Origin: Utricularia gibba | Taxonomy: Eukaryota; Plantae; Magnoliophyta | Reading direction: 5' to 3' | NCBI GenBank assembly: GCA_002189035.1 | Contig: NEEC01000002.1 | Location: 4,092,001-4,156,000, forward strand | Length of the DNA stretch: 64,000 bases | In this document: positions 51,501 to 64,000 of the stretch, piece after piece | How the letters are laid out: each line of letters begins with the position of its first letter | How positions within the stretch are numbered: the first letter of the stretch is position 1 | The notes under the pieces: generated by a model | Seen by the model: the letters and a program-made list of their open reading frames with translations, nothing else | What the model was told of the DNA's origin: nothing | Databases searched by the model: none | Program-made: the position numbers and the translations under genes

Positions 51501-54500
51501 AGGCAACTTCTTATGAGCATTTAGCAATATTGGGAATGCACTGCCAATGGCAACATGGTCAGACCACAATTGGAGCCACGTGAGTTCGTGTAAAGATGGG
51601 CAAGGTTGTAATGGCAAAGCCAGGCATGAGTGCTTGGTAGGATGGACACCAATCATGTTCCATGTGCTAGAGCATGGATAGACAAGGGATTTCGTGCATC
51701 TAGTGTAAGGACTAAGGCATTCTTGCAGATACGCAGCTCATGAGTGGGCAGGTGGGGCTACAGGTATGATCATAATGGCAACAATGAGTGAAAAGGGCTC
51801 AATGGGTGGAGGCCATCCATGTGTACCATGTGCAAGGGCACAAACAAATAGTAGATAGGATGTGATTAGTTATGGGATGAGGTCAACGATGGTGTAGATG
51901 AAACAGATGGGAAAGGGGCTGAGAAAGGAATCAAATAGAGGAAGTTTTACATAGATTCGGGCTAGTGTGATAGATGGGATGGAAACTCCTACATTAGAAC
52001 TGACTTCTTACACTCTCCAATATAGGTGGCGAGAATGGTAGCGAGGTGGAGGAGGCAGAGGTGTGTCTCCAATGAGGATAGGGTATGAAGGATGGTGCAT
52101 TGAAGTAAGTGGATGAGACTTCCTTCATTAGTCTTATTGTGTAGTTTTTCTAGTTTCATGGATATGATTTTGCCTTGTATCTTAAACCTTAAATACATCT
52201 TTATAATAAAACATGTTTCTGATGCTTGATACATGTGATTGGATGAGTCAAGGCAAGAGTGTCTTGGGAGGGGCCTTGCCATAAGCCTCATGCCTCGGAA
52301 TGATGGAGGCCACCAAGGATCGCTAGGTGTGTAGGAGAGGTGGTATGATGAGGTTGACACACCCACACACATGTTCCTAGTTCATCCCAATGAAGATCAG
52401 ACACCTAGAGCATGGGAGGGTGTCAATAATGGCTTAGCATCTAGGGTGTAGGTCATAGGTCGTTACACCTTCTAGTGTAAACTGAAAAAACTTTGATAAG
52501 CATGTTGTCTTGAATCACTTCCTTTGGCCTAACAATAGAAAGGTGTATATGATATTTTTTTTTTGTTTTTGACTTGAAGCATAAATGGTTGAAATAATTA
52601 CATAAGCAAGTAATTAAAAACATGCCAGTCATAGAGTCACAAAAATGCAAGGAACAGGTTGTTCCGGCTCGATATCGTCAAGAATTCCTTACTATTGCAT
52701 GGGAATGGGCCGAATTTATACTAAGAATGAGATCCATAAAGAAATAATAGGGAAGCACAAGGAAAAGAAACTGTTCCATTTTAGGTTGCGAACAGTGATT
52801 CGATTGATGGTGAAGAAAGAGAATTCTTGATTCAGTTCTCTGCCTTAACGACATAAAAAAGGATTGATCAAATTCTATTGAGTCTGACTCATAGTGGAAA
52901 ACTTAGATTCTAAATCACTGCATCCAACCCCCTTTCTTGACTTTCCTTCGGGTAGACAAAGGGACCTTCTCTTCTTTTTTACGGGATGCTATCTTGTGGA
53001 AGGCGCTCTTCTTCACATAGTCTTTCACATTGTTCTTCTCTCTTCTAATAGGTGAACAGCTCCACCTTCCTTCTTACTCATCTGTAGTTTCGGCTCCATC
53101 ACAATTTCTCCCTTCCAAACTCAAAATGGTGATGTTACTTTAACTCCTCAATGAATTGTTTTTGATCCTCCCACCTGCCAATCACTAGAAAAATATTCTC
53201 AAAGAGAGCTCCCCCTAGTTGTCACTTCTCATCCTCTCTTATTTGTTCACTCTCCCTTCTTTTTTATTCTCCTTCTTTCCAATTCAACTTCTCGACTGGC
53301 TGTGTTTCTAACTTTCCCATGTTCCAAAAAACAACTCACAAACTAGTTAAATCACTTGGCCCAACCCAAATGGGTCAGACATGCATAGACCCTTTTGAAC
53401 AATAGGCTTAGTTTTTTATGAGATTAAGGAAAAATAAGGCTCATTCAAGTTTTCATTAAGCAAAATTGGAGCTAACATGCTTTGGGCTAATTTCTTCCCT
53501 AATTCAAGTATTTCTATCTTATTAATACTAAAAAAAATATAAAAACATTAAGATAAAATACAACACTACACTATCCTACAATGATAATAGACTTGTTCAC
53601 AAGTCAACTTAGTCAAGATCTAGACAAAACATATGACAAAGGTTAAATACACATTGCATCTTAGTACCTAGCTCAACAATGTGGCATGACAATTGATGTT
53701 CACAAGTAATAGAATGTAGGGTCATTACTCTTACAAGATTTGAGGTAACAATCATAGTGTGTGAAATTCATCTTCAATTAGTCTGGTCTTTACTAGCACT
53801 TACTTTTTGATGGACATGGTGGCTCACTTCCAGCGGATTTATCAACCTCTTCGACCACCACATCTATCAAAAATTCAGGGTGAATTATAGCCAAATAGCA
53901 ACAATTAGAGGATGCACAAATTAACTTTAACACAAGTATGCTCTACAATGGGTTCTATTGTCTTTTCCCTTTCTTTGGGTGACCTTTGTGACCTTCTAAC
54001 ACATCCTCAACCTCATCAAACATGCGCCCTGCAAATTTTATTGAAAAACACCACACATTGAGGGTAATTAACTTACCACAATCCCATTAAACCATAACAA
54101 TAAGTTACCTAATTTTTTTAGGTCAAATCATCCTCATGCTACTCAACTGCATTGGAATTCCTATCTCCTATCAACATTATTTCTAAGGGACCATCTTTTT
54201 CTAGTATATTGACACATTTAATAACCTCAACTTCACTTACGATTTCCTTAATATAGTTATAACATTTCATCCACACACTAACCAATTAGGCATTTTCATA
54301 ATCGTAGGAAACAACAATTTCACGAAAGTATCACAACAAAAAAAAAAAAAAAAACGCTCAGATCAATGTAAGTATCCTTACCATCAACTTACTTATGTCT
54401 CCTAAATTGGCAAATAAGTCTGCCACCATAGTGTAGTCCGAAAAAGTTGCCTTCAAAGCATAGCTTGCTTGTGGGATTCTGCGATACACTGCCGCTACTC

Positions 54501-55388
54501 AACACCATTTCCCTCAAATCTTGGCATTTGACCACCATCTAGAAGTCTGCAATCATGCCCAAATGAGTGGAAATTGGGATAAAATTGCTGGAAAGAATAA
54601 ATTAAATGGGTGAGGGTATTTCAATAACTTTCCATGGTCTCCGGTTACTAATTCTACCATATGACCGAATTTTGTAATCGACGAAAATTATTGTGATGCA
54701 AGTTTGAAAACAAGACAACATGCTAATCATTTTTTGAAATCATCTCAAAAAGAAACAATGGCCAGTTTTTGCCAAAGGAAAGCGCTCTTAGGAAGGCAAA
54801 AATCCTCTAATGTTCTTGATACTTTATGGGAACACTTAATCTTCTTGTTACCTTTTAAGCTAGTCATGAATTTTTTTTCTTTCTGATGTGCAACACTCTC
54901 AATTTTCCCATTTTTTGGATTACCATCTACCTCTTTTCCTTTTTACTCGATTTCCATAATCACCTAAAATAGTTGAATATTATGAAAATCTCTATAAAAA
55001 CACATAAAAATTCTTAAACTCACTAACATATAATAATTTGTTAATAGGAATAATTGGGCTCGAAGCATTATACAATTGGATCTTTTCCCTTTGAGTACTG
55101 CAGTTCTCATGTAATCTTCAATCGAGGTTTTTGCATATAAAAGGAACATGTGAGGCGTTAAACCGGGCCTTGACTGAACCGGGTGGATTCCAAATTTATC
55201 CGGTAAGCATATTGTGAGAGAGAAGCCTTGGGGTTTTCTCAATATACGTATACTGGAAACTAGCAAATGGCATGTCATCGATGTCTTCTTCCCCGCCACA
55301 GTTAAAATTTTCTCTACCTCAATTTCCCCGCCACCCCGTTTCACCGTTTACGAATATCCTATCCCTCCGACGACGACGGCCGTGCCCC

Positions 55389-57778
55389 ATGACGGCGCGG
55401 CGCAACCACTACCAATCCTTCCTGCCATCCAGAAAGGCGGTGAGGATGGGCCAGAACTGCATGAAATACCACCATATTATTCCTCTTATCGTCATCCTGT
55501 CGCATTTCATGGTATCCTCCGGAGAGCCGGAGGGCGAAATCCTTCTCAGATTCAAGGAATCCCTCCAGAACGTGGACGCATTGTCGAATTGGAACGATGC
55601 TAATCCACCTTGTACGGGTCTTCACGCGAATTGGATTGGGATTTTATGCAACCACGATGGTGTGTGGGGGCTACGTCTTGAGAACCTGGGTTTGGGAGGA
55701 ATCATCGACGTTGAAGCTCTCGCAAAACTAACCAACTTGAGAAGCGTCAGCTTTGTGAAGAACAATTTCGATGGGTCGCTACCGATTTTCTCCGGGATGC
55801 CGAGGCTGAAGGGCATTTATGTATCCAAGAACAAATTTTCGGGCGAAATCCCATCTTACAAATTTCAGGGTATGCTTTCTCTGAAGAAACTTGATCTTTC
55901 TGACAACCAGTTGTCTGGTTCGATTCCACCTTCTATAGCTGCGTTGCCTCGTCTTGTGGAACTGATGCTCCAGGATAATCATTTTGATGGAGAAATTCCA
56001 CAGTTTCTTCCAGATAGGCTGAAATTCCTCAACCTTTCAGACAATCAGCTCGTTGGCGAAATACCCCCCTCCCTAAGTGCCTTCAATGTTGCTTCATTTT
56101 CTGGTAACTGTCTCATCCCAGCTTGTTAGTCTTTTTTCAGTTGTAGTAGCTACTTGATATGGTGGACCTAAAGTAAAGTGGCTATAAAGGTTGGTTTTGT
56201 TGTAGTTTCCTTTACTCAGAATTTAGCAAAGCAAATTAATTTCTGGTAAGTGTCTCATTTCACCATAGCCACACTGTCTTTTTGAACAATCTCCCTGTAA
56301 TTTAAGATAAGGTCTACATGGTTCCTTATACGGATTGCTACTCTTCCCCGTACTAAAAGCATTTTCAAAATGTCGAGCCTCATCAGTTCTGACACATGTG
56401 TATGCTGCATACTTGAAATTGTAGACTTGAAGTGAATTGGCAATACAGGGTGGTTTGGCTGTAGTTTCCTTTTCTCAGAGACTAGCAAACAGAATTGATT
56501 ACACTTGATAGAGTTTTGTCCTTGGGGCAGGCAATAAGGATCTCTGCGGAACGCCTCTGGGAGTATGTGATAAAACATCTAAGCTAACCATAGGAGCGAT
56601 TATCGCAGTATCAGTATTCAGTGTGGCAGCGATCATTGCACTTGTGATAGTCTTCTTCATCCTTCGCCGCCGTCGACGACCCATGGGATGTGCTGCTGTT
56701 GCTTCCTATATCGGGCCAGTATCAGAATCTGTAGATGTGGAGAAAATGGAGCTTGCTCCTTGTTCCGTTCCGTCATCGGCTCCGAAAATCAGCCAGAAGA
56801 AGAGGTCTACGTTGAGTGTGAAGATCACATTCCTCAAAGAAGGCAGAGACGAGTTCGACATGGCGGACTTGCTTAAGGCTTCAGCTGAGATCCTCGGGAG
56901 TGGAGTCTTCAGTTCGACATACAAGGCATTGCTGAATACCCGGCAGGTGATGGTCGTGAAACGATTCAGGCATATGAACAATCTGAGTAAGGAAGAGTTT
57001 CATGAGCATATGACGAGTCTCGGCAGATTAAGGCATCCTAATCTGCTTCCCGTGGTGGGATTCTATTACAAGAAAGCAGAGAAGCTCTTCGTCACCGACT
57101 ACGTCGAACACTCCAGCCTCGCTTTCCATCTTCATGGTATGATCTTGACCGACTGTTGGGGGTGATTTCCGATATGGGATCATTGTTTATTATGATGTGA
57201 TAGGGAAGAGATCTCAGGGTCGGCCAGGCTGGTCTGCAAGGCTGAACATTATAAAGGGAGTGGCAAAGGGGCTGGTGTATCTTCACGAGGAGCTGCCGAG
57301 CCTTACCACGCCCCACGGCCATCTGAAATCATCGAATGTGCTTCTCGACAAAGCGTACACCGGGATCCTCACTGACTACGCGCTGGCTCCTCTGTTCGAT
57401 CAGGAGCATGTGCAGGAGTGCATCATCTCCTACAAGTCGCCGGAGTACAAGCAGAGCCGGCGCATCAGCAAGAAGACCGACGTATGGGGCCTTGGGATCA
57501 TGATTCTGGAGATCTTGACAGGGAAGTTCCCTTCTGGGTTCCTGCAGCAGGGCCAGGGGAGCGGCATAGACATGCAAATGTGGGTAGAAACAGTGGTCTG
57601 GGACACGAACAGCGAGGAGGTGTTGGATCCGGAAATGGAGAGGACGCTGAACTCCAAGATCGAAATGATGAAACTTTTGAAGATTGGATTGAGCTGTTGT
57701 CAGGGAGGTGTCGACTCCAGACCTACCGTCAAAGAAGCGATGCAGCAGATCCACGAGATTGGGGAAGAACATGGGTGA
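55389..57778 (+). CDS. PRK: Pollen receptor-like kinase (LRR-RLK subfamily III); exons 55389-56103, 56531-57136, 57204-57778; 631 aa
   Basis: Signal-like N-terminus, LRRNT (LLRFKESL..ALSNW...C..W.GILC), about 5 LRRs, GNKDLCG, TM helix and RRRRR stop-transfer. The kinase has FDMADLLKASAEILGSG, VVKRF, HGHLKSSNVLL and KTDVWGLG. GT-AG introns join in frame (715+606+575 = 1896 nt). The start codon choice is inferred. Confidence 0.92.
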
Positions 57779-58722
57779 GCTTGATCGATGCAGTGAGCGA
57801 ATAGGACGCCGTTTCTTGTTTTTATAAGCCTTTGGAGATGAATTCATTCAGGACAGAAAATAAATGCAGCAGAGCATGGTGCTTTTATTTTATTTTCTTT
57901 TTTTTTCCTTCGCGTTTTAGAATAATATATTTTCTTTTTTATTATTCCTTGGCGTTTTAGAATAATATTAGCCCCAGTTGAAAATGACGGTAAATAATTT
58001 ATTGGACTACAACAATATGAATTTTGTATATATTTTATAGGGAATAGCAAATGGGCATGAGTTAGGCATAATTCATATACATAGGCCAATAAAAACAACA
58101 CATGGGTGTGGCAGCCTTGTAAAAATACTACATAGGCATGAGTTATATATAATCTATGTCCATATCTTTAATTTTCAATATAGTTTATATAAATTGTACC
58201 AGTATCTTAATTTTTAATGAAAAAATGGAAGATTTCAATATTTATATTTTTGTTAATGAAAATATACAAGATATGTATTATTAAAAGTTAAATATATTTA
58301 TTATATTATTGATATTTGATTTTTTTGATTAAAAATATTTAATATAATCTTTTAGAAAATTACAACATTTTTTTTTAATTTAGGTTTGATCGGTCAAAAC
58401 CGAATTTGATTGATCAAACCTGTTTTTGTACTAAACGAGTTTTATACCGATTTGATTTTAAACTTCATTGAAAAAAAGACTACAATGTAAAGAGCTTTGA
58501 CAAAACAATATAGATGGATTACACAATAAAGAAATAATGCAATTAATGAAGAATATGCATTTTAAGAAAGAACCAAACTTGTAATGTGGGGTGGTGAAAT
58601 ATCATATTTATATGACACAAAGAGAATTCAATGTGAAAAAAAAAAGATAAAACTTAATTCCTACTATGTGAAGATTTACAAAGTTGGATAAATGCATTGA
58701 AAATTAATAACTAACATCTCAT

Positions 58723-58814
58723 ATGTGTAATTTCACATTGCAATTGAGCAATGATGCAATTGTCAATCTCATGTGTAATTTCACATTGCAATTGAGCAAC
58801 GATGCAAATGTCAA
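58723..58814. repeat. Two-copy tandem duplication, 48-bp period
   Basis: atgtgtaatttcacattgcaattgagcaa(t/c)gatgcaa(t/a)tgtcaa at 58723 and 58771. Confidence 0.85.
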
Positions 58815-59139
58815 CTTGACATTGCTCTCATATTGGTTCCTCTTCTCCACCTTGAACATAAAGCTATTGTAGTTATGAAAATTATTAGGAAAATATTCTA
58901 TGATAAGTGAAATATCAACATATATGAATTTATGTAATGCACATATATGAATTACAATTTTATGATTGAGAAACAATGTCTTCAAATTTATGATGATACC
59001 TCGTAGATTTATGTCAAAAACTCATGAACTATTATGAAATTGAAATTTTGCGTATGTAAAATGATGTGAATTTTCTAATTCATATATGTTGAACATTTAG
59101 ATTTCATGTAAATATCTTCGAATATTATCGCTTAATATT

Positions 59140-59995
59140 TGGTAGCACATATTTTTTAGTATTTAGGAGTAGTAAAATGTCTAATATTTTTCCACAAAAC
59201 TCAAGTTTTAGCATGAATTTCTATGCTTTTGTGATTTGTAGTGCAATAGTGTGTTTTATTCCTCGAAAAGAGCACAGTAAAATTGCAAAAAGTATGAAGA
59301 TAAAGCTGAAAAAAATACAATTTAATCCCAAGAAAGAAAAAAAGGGGATTTTGGAAATGATGGGAGAGAGAACAAGGGAGAGGACTTTAAAGAACGAACA
59401 ATACACTTTAGGATATCTCCCCATCATAAGAACACCAGAGAACAAGAAAGAAGATTAGGGAAAATGAGCTCCATTTCGAAGATTTCTTCTACTCTTGAAG
59501 AACACTGTTTTTAGTTGAGACTAGTTCTAGTTTTTTTACGTAAACAATTTGTTGTTTATGCTCTATTATGCATCCTATGTTGTTGTTTAACTTTCAGATC
59601 CGAATGTTGCTTAAGATATGTTATGAAAATGTTTCTCTTCCTTTATCATGAGTAGTTAAAGTACCTAGTGGTGCCTTGGTGTAAAGAGATTAATAAGTTT
59701 ATTATTCATTAAACCAAATTAACCAATTATCACATTATTTCCTTACAAACCAGGATAGATATAGAAGGAAAAAGTAGTGAAACTCACTAAACAACCCTAA
59801 TTAGAGGTAGACGAAAAATTAGGAAAAATAAAGGTTTGGGTAGACTTAGGCCTTTGCTTGTTATGTCAATGATATATGGTTTAGGTGAGATAGTTGTAGC
59901 AATTTGCATGTTAACCCTAGGAATCTCAAGGCACCATCCACTTCATCTTAAGCACAACCGAGCTCAAAATTTTATTGCTTTTCTTTACTGTATTT
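59140..59995 (+). mobile_element. Truncated Athila-type LTR related to family A
   Basis: Starts tggtagcacatatttt; 59700-59990 is similar to about 48100-48390. The 3' end is replaced by the family C copy. Confidence 0.55.
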
Positions 59996-59999
59996 TATT

Positions 60000-60944
60000 G
60001 TAAATACTCTAACTGACAAGGAGACACCGAAATAGCCTCATGTGATTATCCCTTGTACAATTGAAAGGAAAGAGGATTACCATTGATTGTTCTCAAAATT
60101 AAATTCTACGTATGTGCTCAAATATTGCCAATGATCCATGGTGTGTACGAGGTCATTACCTGTCCAAAGTATCCCAATCATTGATAACTTACTATCTCCC
60201 TCGAACCAATAGAGTTGGAGATGGTGCTCTTTACCTTGATCTTTATCAAAATTCACAAGAAATGGCTGGCTATTCATGGATCGTGACTGAGAGACATTAT
60301 AAAAAGACTATAACATGACGTATAGTAATATGCAAAATTCGGAAGAAATTCAGTAAGAAACCGACATTAATGCTCAAGGCATGGAACGAAACTACATCTA
60401 TTCTCATAAACTAATAAGGTTTAACCATGAATGACCATGAAAATAGAAACCTAAAAGTAAGAAAAGTAAAAAGTAAGTTCAAGTGAGAAAAGTAAGTTGA
60501 GTGAAAAGTCTGATCTAAGGGTTACAAGTTTTGTTTTAATTCACTTCACGTGCATTAACTTCCTCTGCTCTCTTTTCATCATTCCTTATATCTTGTTTGT
60601 GCTGCCAGATTTCCCATTCGTGTAAGTAATTGCCTTATCATTACTGTAGACTCTCACATGTCGTAAGCTATGGGCTTTGAATAGTGTTAGTCCTCCAAGT
60701 CACGTAAAAGGCATGAAATATTAGTATCTTGTCTCCTGCAAGTTTCTTGCTATACTCCAAGACTGCTTCCTACCACATTTGGATGAAAGTATATGGAAAC
60801 AACATAAAAATGTAGATAAATAATAATAATTTGATTTTTCTAATAATATAAAATACTTATTAATAAAACTCGTAATTTGGGCGATTTAAGTCTAACTTAA
60901 CACACAATAATATAGAATAAACACGTAGAAAATGATACTTAACA
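60000..60944 (-). mobile_element. Athila-type LTR fragment (family C)
   Basis: Terminus tgttaagtatcatttt on the - strand at 60944; colinear with 15726-16600. Confidence 0.55.
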
Positions 60945-60997
60945 ATGTATTACCACAAAATTTAATTTTGAAATATATTAATGAACATTCTCTCATT

Positions 60998-61441
60998 GGG
61001 CACTATTTATGATATATAAGTGGAGCCCCACACTATTTGGGCGGTGCTTGTGTGACACAAGTGATCCCCATAACCTTATAGATGCTACATATGAGTTAGA
61101 AACAGTGGCCAGGTTTGTGTGGACACTACTTGTGACTCATATGCAGTAGTTCCCATATAGTTCTGGACATCACTTGTAAATCATAAGTAGTGTCCAACAT
61201 GTCCTAGACGTCACTTATATATCCTAAGTGGCGCTCATCACATCATGGACATTGTTTATATGTTATAAGCTGTGTGCACACAAATCTAGGAGTTGCTTAT
61301 AAGTCACAAGCAACGCCCATAGTGTCCTAGGCACTCTTTATGTATTATAAGTAGCACCCAACTCACGGTAGACGTCGCTTGTTACACATAAGCAACATGC
61401 AAAGCGATTTAGGTATTGCTTAGTACTTATAATTAATATCG
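60998..61441. repeat. Array of 11 degenerate palindromic units, 41-bp period
   Basis: Units start at 60998, 61039, 61080, 61121, 61165, 61206, 61247, 61288, 61329, 61370 and 61411. Each is a roughly 31-bp imperfect palindrome (e.g. ggacatcactt-gtaaatcat-aagtagtgtcc) plus a variable 10-bp linker. Confidence 0.85.
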
Positions 61442-61824
61442 AACATCATTATCTATTTTAAATAGTTTTAAAATTGAAAATAGTATATGCTGCATATTGG
61501 GGGTGAGTTTGGTATTAATGTATGATATACTCCAAAATAATAATAATTCACACTAAATATATAGCTTCAAACAAAACACTGTTTATTTTTTATATCTAGA
61601 GAAAAAAACTCCTCACCCTACTCATGGATATTTTACCTTGTGTGGTTGGCATAGTTGAGAAACTAGTCTCATAGCCAACATAGTCTCCTTGTGTCGATAG
61701 ATAATGCAATGATGATCATTGGCGCACATCTCTTTGACCTAGGTTTGGTTGAGATGATGCATGATGCATTGCGTGTGGATATTATTGAGTAGATTTGGTT
61801 TGGAGTGTCTAATCACATCGACCT

Positions 61825-64000
61825 TGTTAAGGGAGAAAATCGGCATTGGGGTCGGAACCGATTTTCGGTTATGGGGTTGACCGGATGTGTCGAATCTGGG
61901 TATGGGTTTAATGTTTTGTTTGGTGCGGTTAACGAAAGTAAAGAGGAAAAAAGATTTTTTACATGGAAACCGTCGAAGAACGGAAAAACTACGAAGTTGT
62001 CGGAGCTCACCGAAAAATATCTTTGCTAGATGAAAGTGAGGGAAAAATGCAGGTTTGAGGGCTTAGAGTCCAACCGTTTCCTCTTTAGAATTTCCCCTAC
62101 TTATAGAAGAGGTCAATCTGACTGAATCCTGAATTCTGCAGATGTCGGCTGCTTTCTGTGTCTATACTATTATCTTGTTTTTCATATAACTGCCACCTAC
62201 ACTGCCGTCATTTGGCCACTTTTCAGACTATGCAATACGGCTGCTGCTGTCAAGTCTCTGACACATATCGGTCTGTCGGTCGACGCCAGATTGTCAGAAC
62301 ACCTTTCAGCACCTTTTCAGTAGCCGATTAATTGCATCTGATTTATACCCCATCATTCAACCCCTCTGATTTGCCGATGTTGATCTTTTCAAGGCAAGTG
62401 GGTGAATCAGGTATCAGTCGCCGATTTCGGGCATACCGCTTTCTCATGAGTAAGTCTTAAACCAATTTAGACCGATTTCCTCACCATGCGTCACCTCCTG
62501 AGCGCGCCACGTTTTTTGTCACTCATTTTGGGCACCTCAAACGACGTGCGTTTTGTCTTCCGAATATCTCTCTTATAAATATGCGCTCTTCCCGTCATTT
62601 CTCCCCTTTTCTTTCTCCGTTCATCCGTGAGATTTCAGCGCAGTTCGTGCCCCATCGTGCTCGTCCGCCACCTTCACCACCGTAAACCTGCTGGAAACTG
62701 CGATTTTTTCAGGTATCATTCGGTTCTTCGCCCTTTTCATTCGACTTCTTGGGGTTTGATCGGGTTCCCCCTTTTCCTTCTGAGTTCTACCCTCCTTCAG
62801 GTTTCCGCTTCATTCTAGGGTTTGATCCTTCTTTTGTTTTTCCGAAAATGGGTAGAAGATCTGGCAAGTTGAATATCCCTTGTCTTCACATTCGATACTC
62901 GATCCCCCGATGAGTACCAAATTTCTCATGCTCAGGATACCGAAATCCCTTGGGGGGTAGGCGAGAGCGCTCTCCCCCCTTTCAGCCTCCCGATTCCTCT
63001 CGCCTATTTTGAAAGCGGTTTATGCTTTCCTCTTCACCCTCTGATTGTCCGCTTTCTTCATATCTTCACAATACCGCTTTACTGCCTTCCCTCGAATTCC
63101 ATCTTTTACTTCACTACCTTTTTATTCTTTTTGGCTGGTATGGATTCGGCTATGACTTTAGTAGACTTTCTTCAACTTTTTAAGATAGCCATTCGTAAGG
63201 CAAAGTCTCTGATGGATGGCCGATCTCATTTCAAGTTCCACCGATTTGAGGACAATCCTAACTTCTTTGTGAAAGCTCTTGATACCCACTACAATTGGTG
63301 GTCTTCTTTTGTCTGGGTAGCACCCCCTTTGAGTTTTCGGTGGAACTTCCTAGTTAATCCCCCAACACCCATTAGAGTGAAACTCTTTGGTGCATATCGG
63401 TCCTCTTCCGAATCCCGCGAAGTCCTATACTAAAGGCTTAGCCGAGGTTCTATCTGGTACGAATCTAGTGCCTTGATGTTTTCGAGGGAATCTCTGAAGA
63501 GGCCAGGTATTATCGGTCGTTCTCACGACCCCCACTTGCCTGATATCGTGTCTTTCGAAGGTACCAATTTGCAAAATCCTCCCTCTAGTGCTTCTCCGAA
63601 TCTTCCCCTTATTCCAACTTCTTCCTCGATTCCCCTAACTGCTCAAACCATGGCCACCAAGAAAAAGAAGAGGGTTAAGGCGCTTGCCCATAAACCCTCT
63701 AAGAAACAAAGAGGTAGTTAGGTTCTGGTTCCCCAAGTTTCAACATTTGCAACGTGTCGTAACTGTTTTCCCGGTTTTCGGCTGCAGCTGAAGAGATGGC
63801 CTGGAGAAGTGCCCAGGAAAACTCGGTAATGGCCCGCTTTTCTACCGAGATGCATTGATAATTTAGTTGATTTAGGTCTATCAATGCATACTTCCTTTTT
63901 GCAAGTAGGGTCATGGACTAATGTAAATGGTTCTAGTGACCATCTATCCTCAATACAAGTGGTTAAATTTGATTCTCATGTATCTTAATCTGCTGATCAA
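61825..64000 (-). mobile_element. Tat/Retand gypsy element: 3' LTR (61825-62355), PPT and internal region running off the window
   Basis: The LTR termini match the 20227-20762 solo LTR. The PPT complement cccctct is at 62361-62367, and an antisense ORF lies internal to it. Confidence 0.75.
62848..63721 (+). pseudogene. Retand-type antisense accessory ORF (Transposase_28 / PF04195-like), frameshifted
   Basis: ATG at 62848, with a frameshift at the C-run 62904-62908. The frame is then open to 63433 and contains AYFESGLCFPLHPLIVRFL...LPSNSI and NWWSSFVWV. TATA at 62574-62581. Confidence 0.65.

Noticed and set aside
51100-54000. 5' LTR, PBS and long N-terminal ORF of the 42-51 kb Athila element
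   Set aside because: No PBS, terminus or GTCCA TSD could be located, and the Pro/His-rich frames are broken by stops.
55214-57847. Several 60-172 aa overlapping and antisense ORFs across PRK
   Set aside because: These are expected by-products of GC-rich codon usage in a real CDS and carry no recognisable motifs.
60998-61441. CRISPR-like appearance of the palindromic array
   Set aside because: The context is eukaryotic, the repeats are highly degenerate, the linkers are only 8-10 bp, and there are no cas genes.

Overview
This is AT-rich eudicot nuclear DNA, mostly nested and decayed transposons, with three host genes. The genes are (i) a single-exon predicted membrane protein at 10767-11383 (+), (ii) a single-exon Cys-cluster protein at 39331-38832 (-), and (iii) an intact three-exon pollen-receptor-like LRR kinase at 55389-57778 (+, 631 aa). 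Genes (i) and (ii) are each 1 nt short of an intact frame, with the shift at a G-run. The TE content is six solo LTRs with perfect 5-bp TSDs from four lineages (Angela-type copia, CRM, Athila, Tat/Retand), a roughly 8.4-kb hAT element, PIF/Harbinger relics and further Athila, Tat and copia remnants. The hAT carries a captured NIF/FCP1-type phosphatase exon and two nested retroelement insertions. The two most unusual structures are a deleted Athila element (TSD GGGGG) that places an LTR, PBS and gag start in frame with hAT transposase, and an 11-unit array of palindromes with a strict 41-bp period at 60998-61441. I found no rRNA, tRNA or CRISPR. Family names come from recognised motifs; no database search was run, and boundaries without a TSD are approximate.
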